The position numbers were made by a program, and so were the translations under genes. The notes under the pieces are model-generated. The model searched no databases. It was not told the DNA's origin and saw only the letters and a program-made list of their open reading frames with translations. Source: an uncultured Pseudomonadota bacterium (GTDB taxonomy: Bacteria > Oederibacteriota > Muellerivitia > Muellerivitales > Muellerivitaceae). From it: a stretch of DNA of 64,000 bases. Shown piece by piece: positions 19,180 through 28,923 of the stretch. The DNA is taken from positions 49,191 to 113,190 of the forward strand of contig CAWIIP010000001.1 of the NCBI GenBank assembly GCA_963836235.1. Reading direction: 5' to 3'. The first letter of the stretch is position 1. Each line of letters starts with the position of its first letter.

Positions 19180-20516
19180 GGTTGCGGCTTTCCACTTGGG
19201 CTCTGGGATTTTTCCAGTTTCTGGAGATGCTCCAACCAGGCCTTGATCTTGGCCTCGTAGCCCAAGTTGGTGGGGGAATAGTACCGGCCCAGGTTGGGGG
19301 CATATTCCTGTTTCACGTAATGGTCCGGATAGTCGTGGGCATATTGGTATCCTTTGCCATGCTCCAAAACCTTGGCGCCGGAATAATGGGCGTCTTTCAG
19401 GTGGAGAGGCACTTCCTTGTTCGTTTCCTTTTTAACGTCTTCCGTCGCCGATTCCAAACCAATATAGGAGGCGTTGCTTTTGGGGGCGCAGGCCAGATAG
19501 ACCGTGGCTTGGGCCAGGGGAATGCGGCCTTCGGGCAGACCGATGAATTCCAGGGCTTGTTGGGCGGCGACGGCCAGGGGCAGGGCCTGGGGATCGGCGT
19601 TGCCCACGTCTTCCGCCGCCGATATGACCAGCCTTCGGGCAATAAAACGGGGGTCTTCCCCGGCGTAAAGCATCTTGGCCAGCCAATGGAGGGCGGCGTC
19701 CGGATCCGAACCCCGGATACTTTTGATGAAGGCCGAAATGGTGTCGTAATGTTGGTCGCCGGAGGCGTCGTACTGAACCATTCTTTTCTGGATGGATTCC
19801 TGGGCGACTTCCAAGTCGAAGTGAATGATGCCGGCCTCGTCGGAAGGGGTGGTCATGACACCCACTTCCAGGGCGTTCAAGAGGGTGCGGGCGTCACCGG
19901 AAGCGGCTTTCAACAAATGGGTTTTCGCCTCCGGCGCCAGGTCCACCTTGTATTTTCCCAATCCTTTTTCGGAGTCCTGAAGGGCCTTTTCCAAAATAAC
20001 TCCGAGAGACTTTTCCTCCAAAGGCCGCAATTCGCAGACCCGGGAGCGGGAAAGCAGGGCGGTGTTGAGGGCGAAAAAAGGGTTCTGGGTGGTGGCGCCG
20101 ACGAGGATGATGGTGCCTTGCTCCAAATGGGGAAGAAGGGCGTCCTGCTGGCTTTTGTTGAAATGATGGATTTCATCTAAAAAGAGAATGGTGGATTGCT
20201 GGTAGAGTTTCTTGTTTTCAGCGGCTTCGTCAAAAACCTTTCTCAAGTCGGCGAGCCCTGAGGTGACGGCGTTGAGGGCCACAAAGCGGCTTTTCATCCG
20301 GCGCGCGACCAGGCGGGCGAAGGCGGTTTTGCCGGTGCCGGGGGGGCCGTAAAGAATCAAGGAAACGATCCGATTGGCTTCCAAGAGACGGCGCAGGAGT
20401 TTGCCGGGGCCTACCAGGTGTTCCTGCCCCACATAATCCTCAAGAGTCCGGGGAGACATGCGGATGGCCAGCGGGCGGGCGCTGCTTTCCTCAACGGCTG
20501 AATCAAACAAATCCAT
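19176..20516 (-). CDS. rarA: Replication-associated recombination protein A (AAA+ ATPase RarA/MgsA)
   Basis: Walker A …LYGPPGTGKTAFARLVAR…, Walker B …ILFLDEIHHFNK…, MgsA C-terminal domain; 446 aa. Confidence 0.9.
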   Translation of the reverse strand: MDLFDSAVEESSARPLAIRMSPRTLEDYVGQEHLVGPGKLLRRLLEANRIVSLILYGPPGTGKTAFARLVARRMKSRFVALNAVTSGLADLRKVFDEAAENKKLYQQSTILFLDEIHHFNKSQQDALLPHLEQGTIILVGATTQNPFFALNTALLSRSRVCELRPLEEKSLGVILEKALQDSEKGLGKYKVDLAPEAKTHLLKAASGDARTLLNALEVGVMTTPSDEAGIIHFDLEVAQESIQKRMVQYDASGDQHYDTISAFIKSIRGSDPDAALHWLAKMLYAGEDPRFIARRLVISAAEDVGNADPQALPLAVAAQQALEFIGLPEGRIPLAQATVYLACAPKSNASYIGLESATEDVKKETNKEVPLHLKDAHYSGAKVLEHGKGYQYAHDYPDHYVKQEYAPNLGRYYSPTNLGYEAKIKAWLEHLQKLEKSQSPSGKPQP

Positions 20517-20667
20517 GACTTTATGATAGAGAACTGGGTAAATGACAACAAGAGGGGAACCGTAGTTTTGAATTGTGGGCTGTCATTTAATCTGCCAATT
20601 AAATGATTTTTTGACTTAATTCGCGACCAAGGATTTAAAAGGTGGGACTGCTTTTTAAGAAAAAAAG

Positions 20668-20738
20668 GTGAGCCTGCCACCTGTGCCGGTTAAGACAGTA
20701 CTCTTCTGAGCCTGACCTAGTCAGGTGGGCGCCCTCAC
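20668..20738. repeat. Long imperfect inverted repeat (hairpin) in rarA-glgP intergenic region
   Basis: GTGAGCCTGCCACCTG (20668-20683) pairs with CAGGTGGGCGCCCTCAC (20722-20738); the loop contains a nested small hairpin CCTGA-CCTAG-TCAGG. Function unknown. Confidence 0.35.
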
Positions 20739-21080
20739 AAACGGTTCATTGCTTCCGAAGAAGACTATCCCCGATTGGTCTGTGGGAACCCATAATTGTT
20801 TTTTGTGGCTCAGAATTTCCCGCCCCAAGATCGAACACCGCAGGAGGCTCGAAAGTATTTTAAAAGGGGAATAGGACTTGTCAAGGCCGGTTCGGCGGAG
20901 GAAAAGCCGGATTTCGGTTTGGAACCACAAATTTGTTGACGGATACCCAAATGGCCGAAGTTCGATTTAACCAGGATTTGGTTTGAGAAAAAGGAGACTA
21001 TGACAAATGATTCAAATGAGCAGTTGAGAATTTAAGTTGGCTATTGGAAAATGCTTCCCGATTCAGGAAGGATTCCTCCG

Positions 21081-21356
21081 ATGCAAATTCATATCCGCTC
21101 CTCCCAACTGCCCCGATGGATTGTGCCGGTTTTGATACTCGTGGCGTTGGCCTTAATCCCTTTCGCCTTGATGCTGGGGTTGACCCTGGCCGCGGTGGCC
21201 ATCGGCGCCTCAGCCTTGCGGCTTTTATGGCCCTCTCCCGGGAAACAGGAAGCCGGTCCCAAGGAATTTCCTTTTTCGAAGGCCGAGAAAAGATTTTCCG
21301 ATCCTTCCGCCATCGACGCGGAATATGAGGTAAAGGACAGCGATGAAAAAAAATAA
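21081..21356 (+). CDS. Hypothetical small membrane protein
   Basis: ATG 21081 preceded by AGGAAGGA; one strongly hydrophobic TM segment (WIVPVLILVALALIPFALMLGLTLAAVAIGA) and charged C-tail; overlaps glgP start by 14 nt. Could be non-coding. Confidence 0.3.
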   Translation: MQIHIRSSQLPRWIVPVLILVALALIPFALMLGLTLAAVAIGASALRLLWPSPGKQEAGPKEFPFSKAEKRFSDPSAIDAEYEVKDSDEKK

Positions 21357-23853
21357 TTCCGTCAAAACCATCAAACGCCAAACGGACTCCAAAAGCGCCT
21401 CCGAGTTCGAGCTTTACAAGGGGATTCGGGCCGAGGACTTTAAACATTCCTTCCTGGAAAACCTCAAGTACCGGCTGATCAAGGAAAGCGAAACCGCCAC
21501 CGACTATGATCGTTACTTAAGTTTAGCTTACGCGATCCGCGACCGGCAGGTGGAAAATTGGGTCGCGACCCAAAAGACCTACCGGACCCAAAAAGTCAAA
21601 AGGGTTTATTACCTGTCCCTGGAGTTCCTGATGGGAAGGACCTTGGGCAACTCGGTCATCAATCTGCAGGTTTCGGACATGGTCTCGAAAGCCCTTCAGG
21701 ATTTGGGCCTCAACTTGGAGGAGATCCGGGAAGCCGAGATTGACGCGGGCCTGGGGAACGGCGGACTGGGCCGCTTGGCCGCCTGCTTCATGGATTCCCT
21801 GGCGACCTTGGAGATTCCGGCTTACGGTTACGGTATCCGCTACGATTACGGCATATTCCGGCAAAAAATCGTTCGGGGATACCAGGTGGAAGAGCCCGAC
21901 GAATGGTTGAGCATGGAAAACCCCTGGGAGAAAGCCCGGCCCGAATATACCTACCGCATCAAATTCGGGGGCCACGTGGTCCAACGCACCAACCGGAGCG
22001 GGAAACAAGTGTTCGATTGGGTGGACACCGAGGATGTCCTGGCCGCGGCTTACGACACTCCGATTCCCGGCTATGGAAACAAAACCGTGAACAACCTGAG
22101 GCTATGGTCGGCCAAGGCCACCGAGGAATTCGACCTCGACTTTTTCAACAAAGGGAACTACTTCGCCGCCACCTCCAAAAAGACCGAGACCGAATCCATT
22201 TCCAAGGTTCTTTACCCCAATGACAACAGCGCGGAAGGGCGGGAACTGCGCCTCAAGCAACAGTACTTTTTCGTGTCGGCTTCTATCCAGGATATCCTGC
22301 GGCGCTTTAAGCGGGAGCACGGGGATTTCCGCGTATTACCGGACGTGGCCGCCATCCAGCTCAATGACACGCACCCTACGATCGCCATCGCCGAATTCAT
22401 GCGCATCATGCTGGATTTGGAAGGGCTGGATTGGGAATTGGCTTGGGAAATGAACAAGTCGATCTTCGGTTACACCAACCATACCCTCCTGCCGGAAGCC
22501 TTGGAAAAGTGGCCGATCAACCTTTTTGGCCGCCTTTTTCCCCGGCATCTCCAGATTATCCAGGAAATCAACGCCCGGTTTTTAAGGGAAGTGGCCAACC
22601 GCTATCCGGGCGACAACGAACGGCTGCGCCGAATGTCCATTTTCGAGGAAGGCCCGGACCCGCATATCCGCATGGCCCACTTGGCCATCGTGGGAAGCCA
22701 TTCGGTGAACGGCGTCTCCGCCCTGCATACGGAACTGCTGAAAAGCGACGTGGTGCCCGATTTCAACGACCTTTATCCCGAACGTTTCAACAATAAAACC
22801 AACGGGATCACCCAAAGAAGGTGGCTGAGGAAGTGCAATACCGGACTTTCCGAACTGATCACCTCCAAAATCGGCGACAAGTGGGTGACCGATTTGGGCC
22901 AGCTGAAAAAATTGGAAAAATTCGCCGAAGACAAGAAATTCCAGGTTCTGTGGAGGGAAGTCAAGAAACAGAACAAGGAAAAACTGGCCTCCCTCATCGC
23001 CCTGGAACAGCGTCTGGCGATCGATACGACCTCCATTTTTGACGTCCAGGTCAAGCGCATCCATGAGTACAAACGCCAGCTTTTGAACGCCTTGCACGTT
23101 ATCGCTCTTTACCGGAGGATCAAGGCCGATCCCGGCGCTCCCTTCGTTCCCCGGAGCGTTTTCTTCGGCGGCAAAGCCGCTCCCGGCTACCACCTGGCCA
23201 AGCTCATCATCAAGTTTATCGGGGCCATCGGCGACGTGGTCAACCAGGACCCCCAGATCAAGGGGAAGCTGATGAGCGTCTTCCTCCCGAATTACCGGGT
23301 GTCCCTCGCGGAAAAAATCATTCCGGCGACCGACCTATCCGAACAAATCTCAACCGCCGGAAAGGAAGCTTCCGGCACCGGAAACATGAAATTCGCCCTC
23401 AATGGAGCCTTGACGATCGGGACCCTGGACGGGGCCAACGTTGAAATTAAAGAAGAAGTCGGCAACGAGAACATCTTTATCTTCGGGCTGACGGCGGAAG
23501 AAGTGACGCAAACCCGGCGGCAGGGATACAACCCCCGGGATTATTACCATAAATCGGCCGAATTAAAAGGCGTGCTGGATTTGATCGCCAGCGGATTTTT
23601 CTCCCCGGAAAATCCCGGTCTCTTCCAACCGATCTACGATACCCTCATGAACCATGATGAGTACCTGCTGTTGGCGGATTTTGACGCTTATGTGGAATGC
23701 CAAGACAAGGTCGCCCAGGTTTACCGGGACCAGAACGAGTGGGCGCGGATGTCCATTTTGAACGTGGCCCGCATGGGAAAGTTCTCAAGCGACCGGACGA
23801 TCCAAGAATACTGTGATGATATTTGGCGGGTGAGGCCGGTTAAGATCAGCTGA
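21343..23853 (+). CDS. glgP: Glycogen/maltodextrin phosphorylase
   Basis: 836 aa; PLP-binding signature …EASGTGNMKFALNGALTIGTLDGANVEI…; phosphorylase family throughout. Confidence 0.92.
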   Translation: MKKNNSVKTIKRQTDSKSASEFELYKGIRAEDFKHSFLENLKYRLIKESETATDYDRYLSLAYAIRDRQVENWVATQKTYRTQKVKRVYYLSLEFLMGRTLGNSVINLQVSDMVSKALQDLGLNLEEIREAEIDAGLGNGGLGRLAACFMDSLATLEIPAYGYGIRYDYGIFRQKIVRGYQVEEPDEWLSMENPWEKARPEYTYRIKFGGHVVQRTNRSGKQVFDWVDTEDVLAAAYDTPIPGYGNKTVNNLRLWSAKATEEFDLDFFNKGNYFAATSKKTETESISKVLYPNDNSAEGRELRLKQQYFFVSASIQDILRRFKREHGDFRVLPDVAAIQLNDTHPTIAIAEFMRIMLDLEGLDWELAWEMNKSIFGYTNHTLLPEALEKWPINLFGRLFPRHLQIIQEINARFLREVANRYPGDNERLRRMSIFEEGPDPHIRMAHLAIVGSHSVNGVSALHTELLKSDVVPDFNDLYPERFNNKTNGITQRRWLRKCNTGLSELITSKIGDKWVTDLGQLKKLEKFAEDKKFQVLWREVKKQNKEKLASLIALEQRLAIDTTSIFDVQVKRIHEYKRQLLNALHVIALYRRIKADPGAPFVPRSVFFGGKAAPGYHLAKLIIKFIGAIGDVVNQDPQIKGKLMSVFLPNYRVSLAEKIIPATDLSEQISTAGKEASGTGNMKFALNGALTIGTLDGANVEIKEEVGNENIFIFGLTAEEVTQTRRQGYNPRDYYHKSAELKGVLDLIASGFFSPENPGLFQPIYDTLMNHDEYLLLADFDAYVECQDKVAQVYRDQNEWARMSILNVARMGKFSSDRTIQEYCDDIWRVRPVKIS

Positions 23854-23869
23854 AATTTTCAAACGAATA

Positions 23870-23894
23870 CTCCGCCAGAAACGGAGGTTTTTTT
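23870..23894. terminator. Putative bidirectional terminator between glgP and zapA
   Basis: Hairpin CTCCG-(CCAGAAA)-CGGAG followed by T-run (GTTTTTTTATT); lies between convergent genes. Confidence 0.45.
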
Positions 23895-24735
23895 ATTCCA
23901 GGATGGCGTCGATTTTTTTGAAAAGATTTTTGAGTTTGTCTTCCGAGGGAAGAAAGTTTTCCGCGGCAGGTTGGGATTGGGCTGGAGAAGCGGCAGCCGG
24001 GGTTGATTTAGCCTTTTCCAAACTTTCCTGGGCCTGCTTGAATTCGAATTGAACGTGGTCGGACTTCGCTTTCAGATCCTTGATTTCGGCTTGCGCCTCG
24101 TCGTTCAACCCCTCGGCGGCCGCCAAATCCTCTTTTACCTTGTCGAGTTGGAGAGTCAGCGCTTGAACCTGGTTTTGCAACCGGTTGGCTTCTTTTGACG
24201 AATCTTCCTCTTTCAGTTTCGCGCTGTCCATGGCCTTCTTCGCGTTTTCTAATTCCAATTTCTGGCTATCCAAGGCCTTTTGGACATCCTCGAGCCCTTT
24301 TTTCGCTTTTTCAGCCTCGGCTATTTTTTGATCCGATTCTTTTTTGAGTTTCAGGAGCTCGACGGCGGCTTCCTCGAGTTTTTTCCTATTCTCGCTTGTC
24401 TCGCCTTTGAGCTTGTCCCCCTGATCCTTCAACTCCATTGTGTGTTTGAGGGACCCGTCGGCGGATTTTTTCATTTCCAGGAGATTTTTCTCGAGGGTTT
24501 CAATCAGCCGGAGGTTTTCGCTTTTTACTTTTTCCAGGCGGTGGAGCTCGTCGGCGATGTTCATGGAAACCAGGATGGCCACCTTGGCGGCGGGGGCGGA
24601 GGATTTCTTGCTGACCTCGCCCATTTTCGCGTCCACGAATTTGGCCAGTTCAGCGATATATTGGGGGTCGGCTTCGCCCTTTAAAGTGTATTCGTTGCCA
24701 TAGATCGTGACGGTAACGGCTTTTTTCTCGCTCAT
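23893..24735 (-). CDS. zapA: Cell division protein ZapA with extended C-terminal coiled coil
   Basis: N-terminal ZapA domain …VTVTIYGNEYTLKGEADPQYIAELAKFVDAKM…; remaining about 200 aa are K/E/L-rich heptad coiled coil; 280 aa. Confidence 0.68.
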   Translation of the reverse strand: MSEKKAVTVTIYGNEYTLKGEADPQYIAELAKFVDAKMGEVSKKSSAPAAKVAILVSMNIADELHRLEKVKSENLRLIETLEKNLLEMKKSADGSLKHTMELKDQGDKLKGETSENRKKLEEAAVELLKLKKESDQKIAEAEKAKKGLEDVQKALDSQKLELENAKKAMDSAKLKEEDSSKEANRLQNQVQALTLQLDKVKEDLAAAEGLNDEAQAEIKDLKAKSDHVQFEFKQAQESLEKAKSTPAAASPAQSQPAAENFLPSEDKLKNLFKKIDAILE

Positions 24736-24798
24736 GGTTTTCCTTGGAGCTTAACCGGGCGCTGAAAAAGTATTTTTCGGCGCCCGGTCGACAGCCCG

Positions 24799-25110
24799 TT
24801 AATGTTCTTCCAGCTTCAGCTCGCTGGCTAAGGATTCAATTCGCTGCAGGTTTTGTTTCACCTGTTTTAAATCTTCCAAGGCGTTTTCGTATTGTTTCCG
24901 GAGTTTTTGGTTTTCCTCGGGCGCAGGCGACTCCTCCGCCAGGGGCATATCCTTTAACTGGTTCCGCAAAAGGACATTTTCCTTCATCAATTGGGCGTTG
25001 GCGTTCCGAAGTTGGACGATTCCCTCTAAAAGGCGGTTAATCCGCTTTTCCAAGTCCTCCCATAGGGATTTGGGGGCCGGAGGATGCCCGAATAGGTCAT
25101 CGGAGTGCAA
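24799..25110 (-). CDS. Small coiled-coil protein (ZapB-like)
   Basis: 103-aa, almost entirely coiled coil (…LEGIVQLRNANAQLMKENVLLRNQLK…); located between pheT and zapA. Confidence 0.4.
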   Translation of the reverse strand: MHSDDLFGHPPAPKSLWEDLEKRINRLLEGIVQLRNANAQLMKENVLLRNQLKDMPLAEESPAPEENQKLRKQYENALEDLKQVKQNLQRIESLASELKLEEH

Positions 25111-27508
25111 TGGAATACCTCGATTTCAAGCCATCCACAATCTGGGATACTTTTTGGGCCACTTCCTGGTCGGTCAAGGTCCGTTCCTCGTTCAAGAATT
25201 GCATCCGGTAGGCGAGGCTTCGAACGCCGGTGGAAAGATGGGGGCCCCGATAAAGGTCAAATAAATGGACCTTTTTTAGATCCGGTTTTCCCATCTCTTC
25301 GATGGCCACCAAAACCTGGGTTGATGTTACACCATCCGGAACCATTAGGGCAATGTCCCTCCAAGCGGCGGGGAACTTGGGCAGGGGATGGTAGCTCTTG
25401 GAAGCCTGTGGAGCCTGTTGGAAAGCCTCGGGTTCTATTTCCAAAGCGAAAGCTGGAACGGAAATGTCATATTCCTTGAGGACTTTAGGGTGGAGGGCTC
25501 CGCCCCGGGCCAAAAGTTGTCCCCGCGGGGTCTTCACCTCGAAATTTTGAACCGGGTCATAGGGGGCCGACGCCGGTTGAAAGCTCCATTCGAATTCCGT
25601 AAGACCACAATTGGAGAGAATGCTTTCCACCAAGCCTTTGATATCGTAAAAGTCGGATTTTCGTTCCGGACTATGCCATTGGGCTTGGGAGGCCACTCCG
25701 GCCACAATCGCCGCCACCTGGATTCTTTCCGTAACCCGGCCCTCGGGACCGGGGGTGAAAACCTTATTCATCTCATATAGAGAAGCGGTTTCTTGCTGGT
25801 GGGAAAGGTTAAGCTGGATATTCGCAAGCAGGGAAGGCAGAAGCGATGGCCGTAAAACCCGCTGGTCGTCGGTGATGGGATTGGCGACTTCCTGAAACCG
25901 GCGTAAGGGGTGGTCTTCCGGCAGTTTGAGCTTTTGGGGAAAGGTTGAGGCCAAAAAAGTGGAATTGACCGCTTCATAAAAACCCGCTTGATGGAGGCTC
26001 GACCGGATTTCCTTTTCAAATGGGATCTCCGATCCGAGGGGAAAAAGAAAAGAAGGGATATTGGGGGAGACCACCGGGATTTTGTCATATCCGGAAAGCC
26101 GGGCCATTTCCTCGATCAGGTCGATCTCACGGGTCAAATCCAATCGATGGCTGGGGCATTGGACCGATAGCGTTTTGGATTTGGCGGTTCCTTTGACCTT
26201 GCATCCCAGGTTATTGAGAATTTGAATCTGAGTTTTGGCGGGTATCTCCAAGCCCAAAAGGGCATGAGTTCTTTGTGGCCGAAAGATAACCGGGGGATTT
26301 TTAATCGTCTTAGTCGAAACGGCGCCAATGCCCTTGGCTAAGTGGCCACCGGCCACTTCGAGAATCAGCGCAACGGCCCTTTCTAAGGCCGCTTGCACCC
26401 CTTTTGGATCCACGCCACGCTCGAAGCGGTAGGAAGAGTCCGTAGATATGCCGAAATGCCGCGCGGTTTTGCGCACACTACCCGGTAGAAATTGAGCCGA
26501 CTCCAAGAGGATATTTTGGGTTTGGCCGGTTACCTGGGAATTGCTACCGCCCATGATTCCGGCCAAGGCGATGGGACGGTCGGCATCGGCGATCACCAGC
26601 ATATGATCCTTCAGTTCGCGTTCCGTGCCGTCCAGAAGCGAAATTTTCTCTCCCTGGGCCGCTGTCCGCACGAGGATTTGACGGCCATGGATTTGTCCCA
26701 GGTCGAAAGCGTGAAGGGGCTGGCCGGTTTCCAAGAGGACGAAGTTCGTCACATCAACAATGTTGTTGATGGAACGTTGGCCCATTTTTTCCAAGGCTTG
26801 AGCCAGCCATTTCGGGGAAGGGCCTACTTTGACTTCCTCAATGGCTCGGCAGGTATAGAGGTGGCATAAATCTTTAGCTTCAATTTTAATGTGGATCAGC
26901 TTGGAGGTGGCGATGGAGCTTTCTTTGGGCTTCTTCGACTTGGGATATTGGACGGGTTTGTGGAAAAGGGCCCCCAATTCGCGCGCCACGCCCCAATGAC
27001 TTAAAAGGTCGGCACGGTTCGGGGTAATCTCGAGTACAAAAAGGGTGTCAGGTAAGCCCGAGTAGTTGAGAAACTCAGCCCCGAGGGGCGCATCGGGCGG
27101 CAAAATCAGGATACCTTCGGCATCTTCCGCCAAACCCAGTTCCTTGGCCGAACAAAGCATTCCAAAGGATTCGACTCCACGGATCTTGGCCGCCTTGATC
27201 TCGAAATTGCCCGGAAGAACGGCTCCCACTAAGGCCAGGGGCACCTTTTGCCCGGGCGCAATATTTTTAGCGCCGCAAACAACCTGGAAAGTTTCTTTTC
27301 CGGTGGAAACCTTGGTGAGGGATAGGCGATCGGCCTGGGGGTGTTTCTCAACGGACAAAAGTTCCGCCACCACCACGTGGGTGATGTCCCGGCCTAAGTG
27401 CTTGACGTTTTCAACCGCGACGCCCGCGTGGATCAACCGTTCGAGAACGGTTTCGACGGATTCTTTCAGCTGAATATATTGTTTAAGCCAGTTAAAAGAG
27501 ATGAGCAT
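25097..27508 (-). CDS. pheT: Phenylalanine--tRNA ligase beta subunit
   Basis: 803 aa; N-terminus MLISFNWLKQYIQL… typical of PheT; B3/4, B5 and FDX-ACB domain order consistent. Confidence 0.9.
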   Translation of the reverse strand: MLISFNWLKQYIQLKESVETVLERLIHAGVAVENVKHLGRDITHVVVAELLSVEKHPQADRLSLTKVSTGKETFQVVCGAKNIAPGQKVPLALVGAVLPGNFEIKAAKIRGVESFGMLCSAKELGLAEDAEGILILPPDAPLGAEFLNYSGLPDTLFVLEITPNRADLLSHWGVARELGALFHKPVQYPKSKKPKESSIATSKLIHIKIEAKDLCHLYTCRAIEEVKVGPSPKWLAQALEKMGQRSINNIVDVTNFVLLETGQPLHAFDLGQIHGRQILVRTAAQGEKISLLDGTERELKDHMLVIADADRPIALAGIMGGSNSQVTGQTQNILLESAQFLPGSVRKTARHFGISTDSSYRFERGVDPKGVQAALERAVALILEVAGGHLAKGIGAVSTKTIKNPPVIFRPQRTHALLGLEIPAKTQIQILNNLGCKVKGTAKSKTLSVQCPSHRLDLTREIDLIEEMARLSGYDKIPVVSPNIPSFLFPLGSEIPFEKEIRSSLHQAGFYEAVNSTFLASTFPQKLKLPEDHPLRRFQEVANPITDDQRVLRPSLLPSLLANIQLNLSHQQETASLYEMNKVFTPGPEGRVTERIQVAAIVAGVASQAQWHSPERKSDFYDIKGLVESILSNCGLTEFEWSFQPASAPYDPVQNFEVKTPRGQLLARGGALHPKVLKEYDISVPAFALEIEPEAFQQAPQASKSYHPLPKFPAAWRDIALMVPDGVTSTQVLVAIEEMGKPDLKKVHLFDLYRGPHLSTGVRSLAYRMQFLNEERTLTDQEVAQKVSQIVDGLKSRYSIALR

Positions 27509-27774
27509 TGGGGATCCGTAAAGAAGTATTGAAAAACCAGAAAAAACCTAAATTTTTAAGAAGTTTAGAGTAGAGCTTAGGGACTGTCAACAATAGCCGT
27601 CAGTGGGCCGATTGCCGCTCGCGGTTGATCGCAATGTCCAAGACAAGGAGACTTGGCTTGTTTTTTGATGATTTTCAAGAGTCGTGAATATATGCTGTCA
27701 CTTCTTAGACGCGGGTTTTTGTTCGCTGTGGGTCGCGTGCCCCGGCTTTCAGACGTATTTCACGAAAGGTGGTG

Positions 27775-28876
27775 ATGAGATTGGCGTTGTTCGAATTGGA
27801 CGTCAAGTCTCTGGAGAGAAAGTTTACCGAAGTGAGGGATCATCTTTGACCCCGCTCAAGTTAAGCGGGACATAGAGCGGCTCGAAGACCAGACCACCCA
27901 GCCCAAGTTTTGGGACGATCCTAAAAGTGCGCAGTCCGTGACCGCGCAATTGGCCCGGTTGAAAGACACCATGGCCTTGGTGCAGGATTTCGAGAAACAA
28001 TATCACGACCTGCTCACCTATAACGAATTGCTTAAGGAACAGCACGATCCCACCCTGATCGCCGAAATGGAGCAAAGCCACAAGAAGTTCGAAACGGACT
28101 TTCGCAACTTCGAGCTCAAGCGGAATTTCAGCGGCAAGTATGACTTCAATAACGCCTATGTTTCCATTCATCCCGGGGCGGGAGGCACGGAAAGCCAGGA
28201 CTGGGCTTCCATGCTTTTGCGCATGTACCTGCGGTGGATGGAATCCAAAGGCTATGAGGTAGAAACGCTCGATTACCAGGTGGCGGAAGAGGCGGGCATC
28301 AAATCCGTGTCCCTTTTCGTAAAAGGGCCCTGGGCCTATGGCTTTCTCAAAGTTGAGAAGGGTGTCCACCGATTGGTCCGTATTTCTCCCTTTGACGCCA
28401 ATAAACGCCGTCATACTTCCTTTTCTTCCGTCGACGTCATGCCGGAAGTGGACGATGTGGAGTTTGAACTAAGATGGGACGACATTAAGTTCGATACCTT
28501 TCGTTCGGGCGGCAAGGGAGGCCAGAACGTCAATAAGGTCGAGACGGCGGTAAGACTGACCCACATCCCCACGGGCCTCATTGTGGCCTGTCAGACCCAG
28601 CGCTCCCAGCTTCAAAATAAGGAACAGGCGTTGAAGATGTTGAAGGCCAAATTGTTCCAATATCACCAGGACCTGCATGACGAGGAGATGTCGAAGGTCG
28701 CCGGGGCCAAGAAAAAGATCGAGTGGGGAAGCCAGATTCGGTCCTACGTTTTCCAGCCCTACCAAATGGCCAAGGACCACCGCACGAACGTGGAAATGAA
28801 CGATATTAACCGGGTAATGGATGGGGATATCGATCCTTTCATCGAAGCGGCCCTCAAGGCCAAGTTAGTTGATTAA
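27775..28876 (+). CDS. prfB: Peptide chain release factor 2 (requires programmed +1 ribosomal frameshift at codon 25)
   Basis: Frame 0 from ATG 27775 (SD AAAGGTGG upstream) encodes [24 protein letters not shown] then in-frame TGA (27847-27849); +1 frame from 27848 continues [15 protein letters not shown]… into the main ORF with RF2-specific SPF motif (…[15 protein letters not shown]…) and GGQ (…[11 protein letters not shown]…). Confidence 0.85.
27834..27850 (+). promoter_or_regulatory. prfB autoregulatory +1 frameshift site (internal SD + CUU UGA C)
   Basis: Sequence GAGGGAU CAU CUU UGA C: SD-like element 3 nt upstream of the CUU slippery codon followed by UGA-C weak stop context, matching the canonical RF2 recoding site. 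Confidence 0.75.
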
Positions 28877-28923
28877 TTTTTAAATGTTATACTGGCTGTC
28901 CACTTCAAGGAGTTTTTTTAAAA

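Noticed and set aside
19182-20180. 332-aa ORF on the plus strand, antisense to rarA
   Set aside because: Entirely antisense to a well-supported gene; Gly/Val/Gln-rich low-complexity translation typical of off-frame reading in GC-rich DNA; no start context.
20895-20910. RNase P RNA P4-like motif GGAGGAAAAGCCGG
   Set aside because: No complementary 3' P4 strand or other conserved RNase P elements at the expected distance; the downstream region is better explained by a small membrane-protein ORF and the glgP start.
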